Below, piece by piece: positions 17,818 through 27,071 of a stretch of DNA of 45,479 nt. This stretch comes from Solirubrobacterales bacterium (lineage in GTDB: Bacteria > Actinomycetota > Thermoleophilia > Solirubrobacterales > 70-9). Each line of letters begins with the position of its first letter. Position 1 is the stretch's first letter. A program made the position numbers and the translations under genes. The notes under the pieces were generated by a model. It ran no database searches and was not told where the DNA came from. It saw only the letters and a program-made list of their open reading frames with translations. The stretch is from assembly GCA_050697055.1 (NCBI GenBank), contig JBOGZE010000351.1, positions 1 to 45,479 on the forward strand, written 5' to 3'.

Positions 17818-20472
17818 GTGGAGGAGAAGTTGGCAGGTGAACGGACACCGGTGAATACGCCGTGGAGGCTCGGGGGCTTGCTGGCGGCGTTCCTCGTCGC
17901 CCTCCTGATCTCGGCCCTCACGGCCGCCGCAGCGTCCGCTGCCCCGGGCGTGCCCCGCACCTATACCTACAAGGCGATCGACAGCGGAGCGCCCGCCGGC
18001 GGTTCCTCGTTCGGCTGGGGCGTTGCCAGCGCCGACCTCACCGGCGACGGCAAGCCCGATCTGATCGTCGCTCAGGGCACGGGCGCCCAGGCGAGCAGCG
18101 CCCCGACTCACGTCTTCGTCTACGACGGCGTCACCGGAGCCCTCCTCGAAACGATCAACCCGCCCGAGGCGAACTTCGACGGCAGCGACCCGGTGATCGG
18201 GTTCGTCTACGTCGAGACCATGCCCGACATCGGCGGCTGTCCCGGTGGCGACGGCGGGGACTCGGACCTGATCTGCGATGCCTCTGCGATCAGCGGCGGG
18301 GACGGAATCCCCGAGATCATCATCGGAGCGAGGGAGCTTCAGGTCGACGCGAATGCAACGGCCGCGAATCAGGACGCCCAGCGAGGGGCGGGGGATCCAA
18401 AAATCGGTCGCGGCTACGTCATCGACGGCGCCAGTGCCGGAGCCGGCAACGAGGTGGTGCTGAAGCGGATCGACATGCCGCTCGCCGACCGCCAGCTGAC
18501 CACCGCGCTCGGCGGCGGGGCCGCTCAGTTCGCGCGGGTGATGATGGTTCCCCAGGGCCTCCCCCCCTGCGCCGGTCCGGCATCGGAGGTCAACGACCTC
18601 GGCGTTGGTCCCTGTCCGAGCGATCCGAGCATCTACCCGCAGTCGGTCAAGATTGGCGACGTCACCGGCGGCGGGCGGCCCGATCTCATCCTGACGGCGC
18701 GCAACTTCCGCGAAGCGCTCGCGGTCAACAACGAGCTGCAGACCATAACCGTGCGCGCCACGGCCGGGGAGTACACCCTGACCTTCGGTGCCGATACGAC
18801 GGCCAACATCCCGTTCAACGCCACGGCGGCTGCGGTGGACGCGGCGCTGGAGGGGCTCCCGAGCATCGGCGCCGGCAACGTGACAGTGAGCGGCGGTCCC
18901 GGCAACGCCGGCGGCACCAGCCCTTATTCGGTGACGTTCGGTGGTGCGCTGGGGAACACCGACGTCGCGCAGCTGATCGGCAACAACGTGAGCTTGACCG
19001 GCGGAACGCCGAGCTCCAGCGTGACCGTGAACACTTCGGTGCAGGGCCGACCGGGCGGCACTACGGCGCCTACGGGCAGCCAATGCGCAACCGCAACCGG
19101 ACCACCCGGGAGCTGCACCGCGGGCAAGGCCTGGGTGTACAGGGGCGAGGACATCGCCGGTACCGACCCGCATGTGATCCTGGACACGGCGGCCTACGCG
19201 GTCCAGAACCCCTTCCCGCAGAACACCTCGGGCACCGAGTTCGGGGGCAACGTCTGGCGGGTGGGGGAGGTCAGCAACCCGCCGGATGCGAAGCCGGACT
19301 TCGTGGTCGCCGCTCGCAACACCAGCTATCCGTTGACCAGTCCCGATAACAACCTTCAGCCCGCGGTCGGCGTCGCCTATGAGTTCAGCGGGGCAAACGG
19401 CGCCCGGGTCCAGGTCTTTCCCCATCCGCAGCCGCAGCCGCGCGCGACCTTCAGCGCATCCTTCAATTCCGGTCGCCCCGCGGGCGACCTTGGCGACACC
19501 GGGCTGCCGGACGTGGTCCTGCCGGCCCCGCTTCAGAACAACCTGATGACCGATGACGGGATCGCCTACGTCTTCCGCGGGGACGTCGCCGGCAGCGGCG
19601 GCGGCGGCCAGCAGAGCTGGCAGTTCGCCCAGATGAACGACCCCAACCCGGTAGTCGGAGGGGGCTTCGGGAGCTCGACGACCGGTGTCGGGGATCTGGT
19701 CGGTGGCGTGGGTGCGGCCCAGAACGAGATGATGATCGGCAGCTGGGCGCCGTTCGACCCCTTTACCGAGGCGACTAAGGACATCATCGGCGACGTCCAC
19801 ATCGTCAACCCGCAGTTCGGGGTCAACTTCCAGACGATCACCGACCCGACCGGAGAGCCGGGCGCGGGATTCGGGATCGGGATGACCCCCATGGGCGATC
19901 TCAACGGTGACGGGTTCCTCGATTTCGGGATCACGGCGTATCTCTCGGATGCGCCTCCCGGGGGGCTCCAGGGGCAGGGCCGCGCCTACATCCTCTACAG
20001 CGACAACACGCCGCTGCCCACCCCCGCGCAGGCGCTGAAGTCGGGTGACTGCACGAACGAGAAGGACGGGACCAGCGGCGCCGACGTTCTCACCGGGACT
20101 GATCACGGCGATGTGATCTTCGCGAAGAAGGGCGATGACGCGATCCAGGCGCTCGCGGCCAACGACTGCGTCGACGCCGGCGCCGGCAACGACAGGGCCA
20201 GCGGTGACGACGGGAACGACAGCCTGGTCGCCGGAGACGGCCGAGACCGGCTAGTCGGAGGCCTCGGCGACGATCAGCTCTTCGGGGAAAAGGGGCGCGA
20301 CGTCCTCAAGGACCCCGGCGGCAGGAACACCTTCGTCGGCGGTGGCGGCAAGGACGTGATCAGGGCCCGCAACGGGGACAAGGACACGATCTCCTGTGGC
20401 AAGGGGAGGGATAAGGTCAAGGCCGACCGCCAGGATCGCATCGATGTCGACTGCGAGAGCGTGCGGACCTAG
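17818..20472 (+). CDS. secreted FG-GAP (integrin-alpha-like) repeat protein with C-terminal RTX-type calcium-binding repeats
   Basis: Signal peptide. Repeated FG...GD.(T/N)GDG.PD motifs (FGWGVASADLTGDGKPDLIV, GDVTGGGRPDLIL, MGDLNGDGFLDF). C-terminal GxxGxD nonapeptide-like repeats (GAGNDRASGDDGNDSLVAGDGRDRLVGGLGDDQLFG). Confidence 0.8.
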   Translation: MEEKLAGERTPVNTPWRLGGLLAAFLVALLISALTAAAASAAPGVPRTYTYKAIDSGAPAGGSSFGWGVASADLTGDGKPDLIVAQGTGAQASSAPTHVFVYDGVTGALLETINPPEANFDGSDPVIGFVYVETMPDIGGCPGGDGGDSDLICDASAISGGDGIPEIIIGARELQVDANATAANQDAQRGAGDPKIGRGYVIDGASAGAGNEVVLKRIDMPLADRQLTTALGGGAAQFARVMMVPQGLPPCAGPASEVNDLGVGPCPSDPSIYPQSVKIGDVTGGGRPDLILTARNFREALAVNNELQTITVRATAGEYTLTFGADTTANIPFNATAAAVDAALEGLPSIGAGNVTVSGGPGNAGGTSPYSVTFGGALGNTDVAQLIGNNVSLTGGTPSSSVTVNTSVQGRPGGTTAPTGSQCATATGPPGSCTAGKAWVYRGEDIAGTDPHVILDTAAYAVQNPFPQNTSGTEFGGNVWRVGEVSNPPDAKPDFVVAARNTSYPLTSPDNNLQPAVGVAYEFSGANGARVQVFPHPQPQPRATFSASFNSGRPAGDLGDTGLPDVVLPAPLQNNLMTDDGIAYVFRGDVAGSGGGGQQSWQFAQMNDPNPVVGGGFGSSTTGVGDLVGGVGAAQNEMMIGSWAPFDPFTEATKDIIGDVHIVNPQFGVNFQTITDPTGEPGAGFGIGMTPMGDLNGDGFLDFGITAYLSDAPPGGLQGQGRAYILYSDNTPLPTPAQALKSGDCTNEKDGTSGADVLTGTDHGDVIFAKKGDDAIQALAANDCVDAGAGNDRASGDDGNDSLVAGDGRDRLVGGLGDDQLFGEKGRDVLKDPGGRNTFVGGGGKDVIRARNGDKDTISCGKGRDKVKADRQDRIDVDCESVRT

Positions 20473-20474
20473 CG

Positions 20475-22112
20475 TTGGCGACCGCGCATGAGCAACAAAA
20501 CGCTCCTGACACCGCCGCGACCAAGCCGCTGCCGCCGGTGCGCCAGAGCGGCGGGGGACGCGCGATCTGGATTCTGGTCGGCATAGCGCTGATCCTGCTC
20601 GGCGGCGGCGCGATCGTCATCTCGGGCTCGTACGACGAGCCGCGCGAGGTCGAGGCCTTGGGGCGTGTGGTCCCCGTCAACGAGGGTGCGACCAACGGCC
20701 TTGACCTGAGCGCGCACAACTCGCCTGCCCTGGTGCGCAACCCGGCCGACGCTTCCAACGTCGTCGTCGGCAACCGCATCGACGATCCGCGCTACTCCTG
20801 CGCGGTTCACGTCTCCTTCGACGGCGGCGGCCACTGGGCTCAGACGCCGATCCCGGTGCCCCCGGGGGAGGAACCCAAGTGCTACGCCCCGGATGTCGCC
20901 TTCGGGCCGAACGGAACCCTGTACTTCGCCTACACGACGCTCAAGGGGCGGGCGAACGCGCCTCACGCCGTCTGGCTCTCGCGGTCCCGGGACGGCGGCA
21001 AGACGCTCTCCCGGCCGAACCAGACGCCGCTCCCCGTGAACTCGTTCCAGCCGCGACTGGCCGCCGACCCGAGCAAGGCGGGCCAGATTTACCTGACCTG
21101 GCTCGCCGCCGGGGACCTTGGCCTCTACAGCTTCACCCAGCCGGGGAATCCCATTCAGGTCATGCGCAGCGACGACAACGGCAACACCTGGACCGAGCCA
21201 GTGCAGGTGTCGAGCTCCGATCGGGAACGGGTCGTCGCCCCCTCGCCGGCGATCGGGCCCGACGGGCAGCTGTACGTCGTCTACCTGGACCTGGACGGCG
21301 ATCGCCTCGACTACCACGGCGAGCACCGCGGCAAGGGCGGCCCCCCGTTCGACCGCAACTGGTCGCTCGTGCTGGCGCGCTCCACGGATGACGGCGACAC
21401 CTGGGAGGAGTCGGTCGTCGCCGACGGAGTGGTGCCCGCCGAGCGCTTCATCGTCTACAGCCCGCCGTACCCGGCGGTGGCCGTGGACCGGGACAGCGGC
21501 CGGATCTACGCGGGCTTCACCGATGCCCGGCTCGGGGACCCGGACGTCTACGTCTGGTCGCTCCCCAGCGGGGGCGAGGACTGGAGTGGCCCGACCAGGG
21601 TCAACGACACCGCCGAGGAGGACGGGAGCGCGCAGTATCTGCCGGCGCTCTCGGTCGCTCCCGACGGGCGTCTCGATGTCCTCTACTACGACCGTCGCGA
21701 CGATTCGAAGAACGTGCTGAACCAGGTCTCCTACCAGGCGTCCTTCGATCAGGGCGATTCCTTCACCGACCGCGTCAACCTCTCGGATCGAGCCTTCAGC
21801 TCGCGAGTCGGGTTCGGCAGCGAGCGCGGGCTACCTGACCTGGGCAACCGGCTCGGCCTGGTCTCGGGCGATGACGGAAGCCTCGCCGTCTGGACCGACA
21901 CTCGCGCCGGGACCCCGAGGACCGGCAAGCAGGACCTGGCTCGGGGCATAGTCGCCGTCAACGACCCCCCACGCCTCGCCGGCTGGCTCGAGTTCCTGCT
22001 CCGCTGGGGCGGCATCGTGACGATTCTGGCCGGGGCCTACCTCGTGCTGGCCCGCGGCGTCGGGCTTGGGACCGGACGAGCGCACGGTGCCCGAAGCTCG
22101 CTCTCACCCTGA
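20475..22112 (+). CDS. BNR/Asp-box repeat (sialidase-fold) protein with N- and C-terminal TM helices
   Basis: Asp-box motifs SxDxGxTW (SFDGGGHWAQ, SRDGGKTLS, SDDNGNTWTE, STDDGDTWEE). TTG start 3 nt after the upstream stop; the start is uncertain. Confidence 0.75.
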   Translation: MATAHEQQNAPDTAATKPLPPVRQSGGGRAIWILVGIALILLGGGAIVISGSYDEPREVEALGRVVPVNEGATNGLDLSAHNSPALVRNPADASNVVVGNRIDDPRYSCAVHVSFDGGGHWAQTPIPVPPGEEPKCYAPDVAFGPNGTLYFAYTTLKGRANAPHAVWLSRSRDGGKTLSRPNQTPLPVNSFQPRLAADPSKAGQIYLTWLAAGDLGLYSFTQPGNPIQVMRSDDNGNTWTEPVQVSSSDRERVVAPSPAIGPDGQLYVVYLDLDGDRLDYHGEHRGKGGPPFDRNWSLVLARSTDDGDTWEESVVADGVVPAERFIVYSPPYPAVAVDRDSGRIYAGFTDARLGDPDVYVWSLPSGGEDWSGPTRVNDTAEEDGSAQYLPALSVAPDGRLDVLYYDRRDDSKNVLNQVSYQASFDQGDSFTDRVNLSDRAFSSRVGFGSERGLPDLGNRLGLVSGDDGSLAVWTDTRAGTPRTGKQDLARGIVAVNDPPRLAGWLEFLLRWGGIVTILAGAYLVLARGVGLGTGRAHGARSSLSP

Positions 22113-22682
22113 GCCGCTAGGGCCGCCCGCCTCCTCGCAACAGCGCAGGAAGAATCCGAGCATCCAGCAGCGCTTCAGCTCGAGCGCCGTCACCCCCGGC
22201 GGGGGCCCCGGCTTACCGTTCTCGTCGGGGGCGAGCTGGTGGATGGAGTCGAGCGCCAAGTAGTGGCGGACGTGCCCCCCGGGTCCGGGGATCCGCCAGC
22301 TCGGGGCCTCACCGGGATCCGGCCGGCGCTCGGGCTCGGCACGGGCCAGCTCGCTGGCCATGCCTACTGCGTCGTCGGCGTTGTCGCCCAGCTCCCCCCG
22401 CAGCCAGGCGATCGGCTGGCGGGCGGGCTCGAACAGCTCCACCTCGACAGTCCGGCACGCGTAGCCGACCAGCGCCAGCCGGTCGGCCAGCTCCATCGCC
22501 GCCGGCGCACGGTCCTCGTCCTCCCCGGTGACCCTGCGCAGGGCGCCTTCGAGCTCGTTCCTCGCGCGCTCGGGCAATTCGTCGAGGCGCTCGATTGCCG
22601 CGCCGAGGATTCGACCGACCAGGTGCTCGCGAACGAGCTTGGTGTCGACACGCATCGACTGCGATTGACCGCCCTGCTCCAT
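22104..22682 (-). CDS. hypothetical protein
   Basis: ATG at 22682 lies 10 nt downstream of the zinc-ribbon gene stop. Acidic helical protein with no recognised motif. Confidence 0.45.
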   Translation of the reverse strand: MEQGGQSQSMRVDTKLVREHLVGRILGAAIERLDELPERARNELEGALRRVTGEDEDRAPAAMELADRLALVGYACRTVEVELFEPARQPIAWLRGELGDNADDAVGMASELARAEPERRPDPGEAPSWRIPGPGGHVRHYLALDSIHQLAPDENGKPGPPPGVTALELKRCWMLGFFLRCCEEAGGPSGSG

Positions 22683-22692
22683 CGTCGCCGGC

Positions 22693-22932
22693 CTACTCGT
22701 TCGCCCGATGCGAGACGACGTGGTTGATCCGCTTGCAGCCCGGGCAGATCCCCGCATAGGACTCGCCCGAGAGCATCTCCTGGATCCGCTCGGGGAGCGG
22801 GGGCGGCTCGCGACCCTCGGCCTTCGCGTCTGCGGCGAGCGTCTCGTAGCGAGGCTCATGCTCGTGTGCCTCGTACCCGATCGGGGTCCCGCACCAGGGG
22901 CAGAACTGTGGGGCTGTCGGGGAACCTTCCAT
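22693..22932 (-). CDS. small zinc-ribbon protein
   Basis: Two CxxC pairs (CPWCG ... CPGCK) in 79 aa. Confidence 0.5.
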   Translation of the reverse strand: MEGSPTAPQFCPWCGTPIGYEAHEHEPRYETLAADAKAEGREPPPLPERIQEMLSGESYAGICPGCKRINHVVSHRANE

Positions 22933-23000
22933 CGAGTGACGGGCGCTCTTGGTGTTGCCAGGCTAACGCGAACCGATGCCCTCCCGCTCGAATGAGCTCA

Positions 23001-23014
23001 TGAATCCCGATTCA
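23001..23014. promoter_or_regulatory. near-palindrome TGAATCCCGATTCA (candidate operator)
   Basis: Arms TGAATC and GATTCA. Extra AGATTC half-sites at 23035-23040 and 23065-23070. It sits in an AT-rich island upstream of the gene at 23121. Confidence 0.35.
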
Positions 23015-23120
23015 AATCTCCGTTGGTCTCATAAAGATTCCCCGGTGTGACTGAAATGACAGTGAGATTCCTGATATGCATCGGCCGGGTTTGCTTTGGG
23101 AAGAGAGAGGGGCATAGGGG

Positions 23121-24752
23121 TTGGCTAAGGCGATAGGTCCGGGATCGCAGGCGGCATGGTTCGTAGTTGCGGCCGTGGGGCTGCTGGTGATCGTGCTCGT
23201 CTTCGCCCTTGGGCTGTTCAAGCGGCTCGACGCCGCCGACCAGGTGCTCGACGGTGCCCGTCCGGCCTTCACCGAGGAACGCGTGCAGGGGGACATCGCC
23301 GGGATCAGCATCGTCTCCTCGATCACCGACCTGGCGGAGCCGATCGCCACCGACAGGAGCGGCACGGCGGCGGCCGAGGTGCCGAAGCTGGTCGCGTTCG
23401 TCTCCGAGCAGACGGGCCTGCCGCAGGCCCAGGTGCTGGCGCTGCTCGAGCAGAACTTCCCCCACACCACCGCGCTGCTGCAGGCGATTCCGCTGTCGGC
23501 GGTCACGACCGAGATCCCCAAGCTGATCGCCTTCCTCTCGCAGACGCTCGGCATCACCGAGGAGCAGGTGCTGGCGGCGATCCAGCAGAACTTCCCCGGC
23601 CTGGCGCAGTCGATCACCGCGCTGCCGGCCGTCACCGATGGCTGGCACAACGTCCCGGGCACCGAGAACCTGACCCGCTTCAACGGCGATCAGGTGACCG
23701 ACGTGCCGGACGTGCGCGACTACCTCTCCGAGGATCTGATTCCGGCGGTGGCGCGCCAGCAGGACAACTTCCAGAAGCTCGACGACCTCCCGGGCGGGCC
23801 CACCGCGATCCCGCCGCTGCTCTTGGTGCTCGGCGTGGGCGTGCTCGGCTTCGGGCTGTGGATGGCGCGCCCGGCCCAGGCCGATGCCCGCCGCAGGCCG
23901 ATCGCCTGGATCGTCGTGGTCGCGGCCGGCCTGATCGTGGTGGTGCTCGTGGCCGGGGTCATACAGGCCTTCTCCCGCCTCAATGCCGGGCAGGATCTGA
24001 TTGACGACCTGCAACCCGCCTTCACCCAGGAACGGGTCGAGGGTGCCCGCGCCGGGATCAACATCGTCTCCTCGATCACCGACCTGGTGGACCCGATCGC
24101 CACCGAGAGCGGCACCGCCGCGGCCGAGGTGCCGAAGCTGGTCGCCTTCGTCTCCGAGCAGACGGGCCTGCCGCAGGCCCAGGTGCTGGCGCTGCTCGAG
24201 CAGAACTTCCCCCACACCACGGCGCTGCTGCAGGCGATCCCGCTCTCCGACGTGAACGCCGAGGTCCCCAAGCTGATCGCCTTCCTCTCGCAGACCCTCG
24301 GCATCTCCCAGGAGCAGGTGCTGGCGGCGATCCAGCAGAACTTCCCCGGCCTGGCGCAATCGATCACCGCGCTGCCGGCCGTCACCGACGGCTGGGACCA
24401 GGTCCCGGGCACCGAGGACCTGACGCGCTTCAACGGTGATCAGGTGACCGACGTGCCGGACGTGCGCAACTACTTCTCTGAAGACGTCGTCCCCGTGCTC
24501 GAGAGCCAGCAAGGGAACTTCGAGGACACGGCGGACCCGTTCCCCGACCTGGACGTCTTCCCGCCGCTGCTGCTCGGGGTGGGCATCCTGGTGATCCTCT
24601 ACGGCTCGATCATGGCCGTATGGGCGGCGCGCGAGCTCCGCAGCGCAGGTCCTCCGAGCGGGGGCGGTCCGAGCGGGGAGGGCCACAACGGCGACGGCCC
24701 CAAGAAGGCCGGCCCGAACCGCCGCAAGGTGGCCGAGAAGGCCACCGCCTGA
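23121..24752 (+). CDS. four-TM membrane protein made of two ~250-aa tandem repeats
   Basis: TTG start after a GAGAGAGGGG RBS. The pattern TM, ~200-aa domain, TM occurs twice. The opposite-strand 562-aa ORF is a shadow. Confidence 0.75.
   Translation: MAKAIGPGSQAAWFVVAAVGLLVIVLVFALGLFKRLDAADQVLDGARPAFTEERVQGDIAGISIVSSITDLAEPIATDRSGTAAAEVPKLVAFVSEQTGLPQAQVLALLEQNFPHTTALLQAIPLSAVTTEIPKLIAFLSQTLGITEEQVLAAIQQNFPGLAQSITALPAVTDGWHNVPGTENLTRFNGDQVTDVPDVRDYLSEDLIPAVARQQDNFQKLDDLPGGPTAIPPLLLVLGVGVLGFGLWMARPAQADARRRPIAWIVVVAAGLIVVVLVAGVIQAFSRLNAGQDLIDDLQPAFTQERVEGARAGINIVSSITDLVDPIATESGTAAAEVPKLVAFVSEQTGLPQAQVLALLEQNFPHTTALLQAIPLSDVNAEVPKLIAFLSQTLGISQEQVLAAIQQNFPGLAQSITALPAVTDGWDQVPGTEDLTRFNGDQVTDVPDVRNYFSEDVVPVLESQQGNFEDTADPFPDLDVFPPLLLGVGILVILYGSIMAVWAARELRSAGPPSGGGPSGEGHNGDGPKKAGPNRRKVAEKATA
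23217..24500 (+). repeat. internal tandem duplication, period ~750 bp, with near-identical core
   Basis: 23371... and 24121... share about 125 nt with only a few mismatches (cggccgaggtgccgaagctggtcgc.ttcgtctccgagcagacgggcctgccgcaggcccaggtgctggcgctgctcgagcagaacttcccccacaccac). Copy 1 is about 23217-23750 and copy 2 about 23970-24500. Confidence 0.9.
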
Positions 24753-24759
24753 GCCTCGC

Positions 24760-25875
24760 TCAGCAGATCCGCGGCAGCGGGTCGCCGGCGAGCATGTCGA
24801 CCACGCGGGAGCCGCCGAAGGAGGTCTCGAGCAGGACCAGTCCGGGAGGCTCGGGCGTGACCTCGGCGACCGTAACGGCGTCGGCCCCGAGAGGGTGCGA
24901 GCGGAGCACGTCCAGGGCGGCGGCCTCGGCGTCGGGGGCGACCACGGCCGCCAGCTTGCCCTCGTTGGCGACGTAGAGCGGGTCGAGGCCGAGGATCTCG
25001 CAGGCGCCCGTGACCTCGGCCCTCACCGGCAGCGACGCCTCGTCGATGACGATGCCGAGCTCCGCCGCCAGGGCCAGCTCGGTGAGCACGGTGGCGAGGC
25101 CGCCACGGGTGGGATCGCGGAGGCAGCGGACGCCGTCGGGGACCGCCTCGAGCAGGGTCGTGACCAGCCCGTGCAGCGGGGCGGTGTCCGACTCCAGCTC
25201 GACCTCGAGCTCGAGATCGCCGCGGGCGATCATGATCGCCATCCCGTGGTCGCCGATCGAGCCCGAGACGATCACCCGGTCCCCGGCCTGGATCCTCCCC
25301 GGGGAGAGCTCGACGTCGGGCCCGAGGACACCGACGCCCGAGGTGTTGATGTAGAGACCGTCGGCCTTGCCACGTTCGACCACCTTGGTATCCCCGGTGG
25401 CGACCTCGACCTCGGCCGCCTTGGCGGCGGCGCCCATCGAAACGGCGATCTTCTCCAGGTCCGCAACCGGCAGCCCTTCCTCGACGATGAACCCGGCGGA
25501 CAGCGCCAGCGGCCTCGCCCCCGCCATCGCCAGGTCGTTCACGGTCCCGTTGACGGCCAGCTCGCCGATGTCGCCGCCGGGAAAGAACAGCGGCCGGACG
25601 ACGAAGGAGTCGGTGGTGAAGGCCAGCCGCGGCCCCGCACCGTCGCCGGGGCTGAGCAGGGCGCTGTCCGTGAGCGGCTCCAGGCGGGGGTTCCGCAGCG
25701 CGCGAAGGAACAGGGCCTCGATCAGGTCGTGACTCGACTTGCCGCCGGCGCCGTGCGAGAGCGTGATCTGCTGATCGAGAAGCTTGCGCCGGGGACGGCG
25801 ACGGCGCGCCTCGATCGCGTCCAGAACCTCCTCCTCGGAACGGCCCGGGCGGGTGCCGTCAGCCTCGCCGGGCAT
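24760..25875 (-). CDS. hypE: hydrogenase maturation protein HypE
   Basis: ITLSHGAGGK, AIR-synthase-like fold blocks, and C-terminal PRIC. The ATG at 25875 overlaps the hypD stop (ATGA). Confidence 0.93.
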   Translation of the reverse strand: MPGEADGTRPGRSEEEVLDAIEARRRRPRRKLLDQQITLSHGAGGKSSHDLIEALFLRALRNPRLEPLTDSALLSPGDGAGPRLAFTTDSFVVRPLFFPGGDIGELAVNGTVNDLAMAGARPLALSAGFIVEEGLPVADLEKIAVSMGAAAKAAEVEVATGDTKVVERGKADGLYINTSGVGVLGPDVELSPGRIQAGDRVIVSGSIGDHGMAIMIARGDLELEVELESDTAPLHGLVTTLLEAVPDGVRCLRDPTRGGLATVLTELALAAELGIVIDEASLPVRAEVTGACEILGLDPLYVANEGKLAAVVAPDAEAAALDVLRSHPLGADAVTVAEVTPEPPGLVLLETSFGGSRVVDMLAGDPLPRIC

Positions 25876-27071
25876 CAGGTCGACGAGGCCTGGGGCGCGG
25901 CGGCGCTCTCCTCGGGGCGAGTCCCGGCGCCGTTCGCCCGGCGCCTGCGGCCCGCGTGGCGGCCGTAGTTGTAGTACGCCGCGCAGGCGCCCTCGCTCGA
26001 GACCATGCAGGTGCCGATCGGATGGTCGGGTGTGCAGGCGGTCCCGAAGACCTTGCACTCCCAGGGCTTGATCACGCCCTTCAGCACCTCGCCGCACTGG
26101 CAGGCCTTTGGGTCGGCGACGCGGACGCCGGGCACCTCGAAGCGGACCTCGGCGTCCCAGTCGGCGAACTCCGGTCGCAACTTCAGGGCGCTCTGCGAGA
26201 TGAAGCCGAGGCCGCGCCACTCGAAGGTGGTCCGGAGCTCCATCGTCTCGGCGATCGCCTGCAGCGCCAGGGGGTTCCCCTCGTCGCGGACCACCCGGCT
26301 GTACTGGTTCTCGACCTCGCTTCGCCCGTCGGCGAGCTGCCGCAGGATCATGTAGACGCCCTGGAGGACGTCGAGTGGCTCGAAGCCGGAGACGACCACC
26401 GGCTTTCCGTAGTCGTTGGCGATGAAGCGGTAGGGGCGAAGGCCGATCACGGTGGAGACGTGGCCGGGCCCGACGAAGCCCTCCAGCCGCAGGTCCGGCG
26501 AGTCGAGAATGGCCCGGATCGCGGGGATGATCGTGACGTGGTTGCAGAAGAGCGAGAAGTTCTTGATTCCCTCGATCCGGGCTCGCTTCAGGGTGAGCGC
26601 GGTCGAGGGCGTGGTCGTCTCGAACCCGATCGCGAAGAAGACAACCTCCCGGTCGGGGTGCTCGCGAGCGATCTTGAGGGCGTCGAGGGGCGAGTAGACC
26701 ATCCGCACGTCGGCGCCGCGAGCTTTGGCGTCGAGCAGCGATCCCTTGCTGGCGGGGACCCGCATCATGTCGCCGAACGTCGTGAAGATCACCTCGGGGC
26801 GCTCGGCGATCGCGATCGCGTCGTCCTGGCGGCCCATCGGGATCACGCAGACCGGGCACCCAGGGCCGTGGACGAGCTCGATCTCGTCGGGGAGCAAGTC
26901 CTCGACGCCGTGCTTGTAGATCGCATGGGTGTGGCCGCCGCACACCTCCATCAGCTTGTAGGTCCGCCCCGGCTCGACCATGCCCGCGATCCGCTCGGCG
27001 AGTTGGCGGGCGACATCGCCGGAGCGGTACTCGTCGACGAAGCGCATGCCACTGTTGCCCGAGAGGCTCAT
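25875..27071 (-). CDS. hypD: hydrogenase maturation protein HypD
   Basis: MEVCGGHTHAI, GPGCPVCV, GFETT, and a C-terminal CxxxxxxC.. Cys cluster (CQCGEVLKG...CKVFGTACTPDHPIGTCMVSSEGAC). Confidence 0.95.
   Translation of the reverse strand: MSLSGNSGMRFVDEYRSGDVARQLAERIAGMVEPGRTYKLMEVCGGHTHAIYKHGVEDLLPDEIELVHGPGCPVCVIPMGRQDDAIAIAERPEVIFTTFGDMMRVPASKGSLLDAKARGADVRMVYSPLDALKIAREHPDREVVFFAIGFETTTPSTALTLKRARIEGIKNFSLFCNHVTIIPAIRAILDSPDLRLEGFVGPGHVSTVIGLRPYRFIANDYGKPVVVSGFEPLDVLQGVYMILRQLADGRSEVENQYSRVVRDEGNPLALQAIAETMELRTTFEWRGLGFISQSALKLRPEFADWDAEVRFEVPGVRVADPKACQCGEVLKGVIKPWECKVFGTACTPDHPIGTCMVSSEGACAAYYNYGRHAGRRRRANGAGTRPEESAAAPQASST

Noticed and set aside
17782-20106. 774-aa minus-strand ORF antisense to the FG-GAP gene. 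The same applies to 22998-24686 (-), 38575-40575 (-), 12231-13826 (+), 8744-10234 (+), 29381-30613 (+) and 25956-27107 (+).
   Set aside because: These are Arg/Gly/Pro/Ala-rich translations with no motifs, lying opposite genes with clear family signatures. They are typical shadow ORFs of high-GC DNA, where stop codons are rare in all frames.
24760-26943. 727-aa ORF suggesting a giant HypE fusion
   Set aside because: Only the C-terminal 371 aa are HypE. The upstream part is an out-of-frame read through hypD and is Arg-rich nonsense. The ATG at 25875 overlaps the hypD stop as ATGA.
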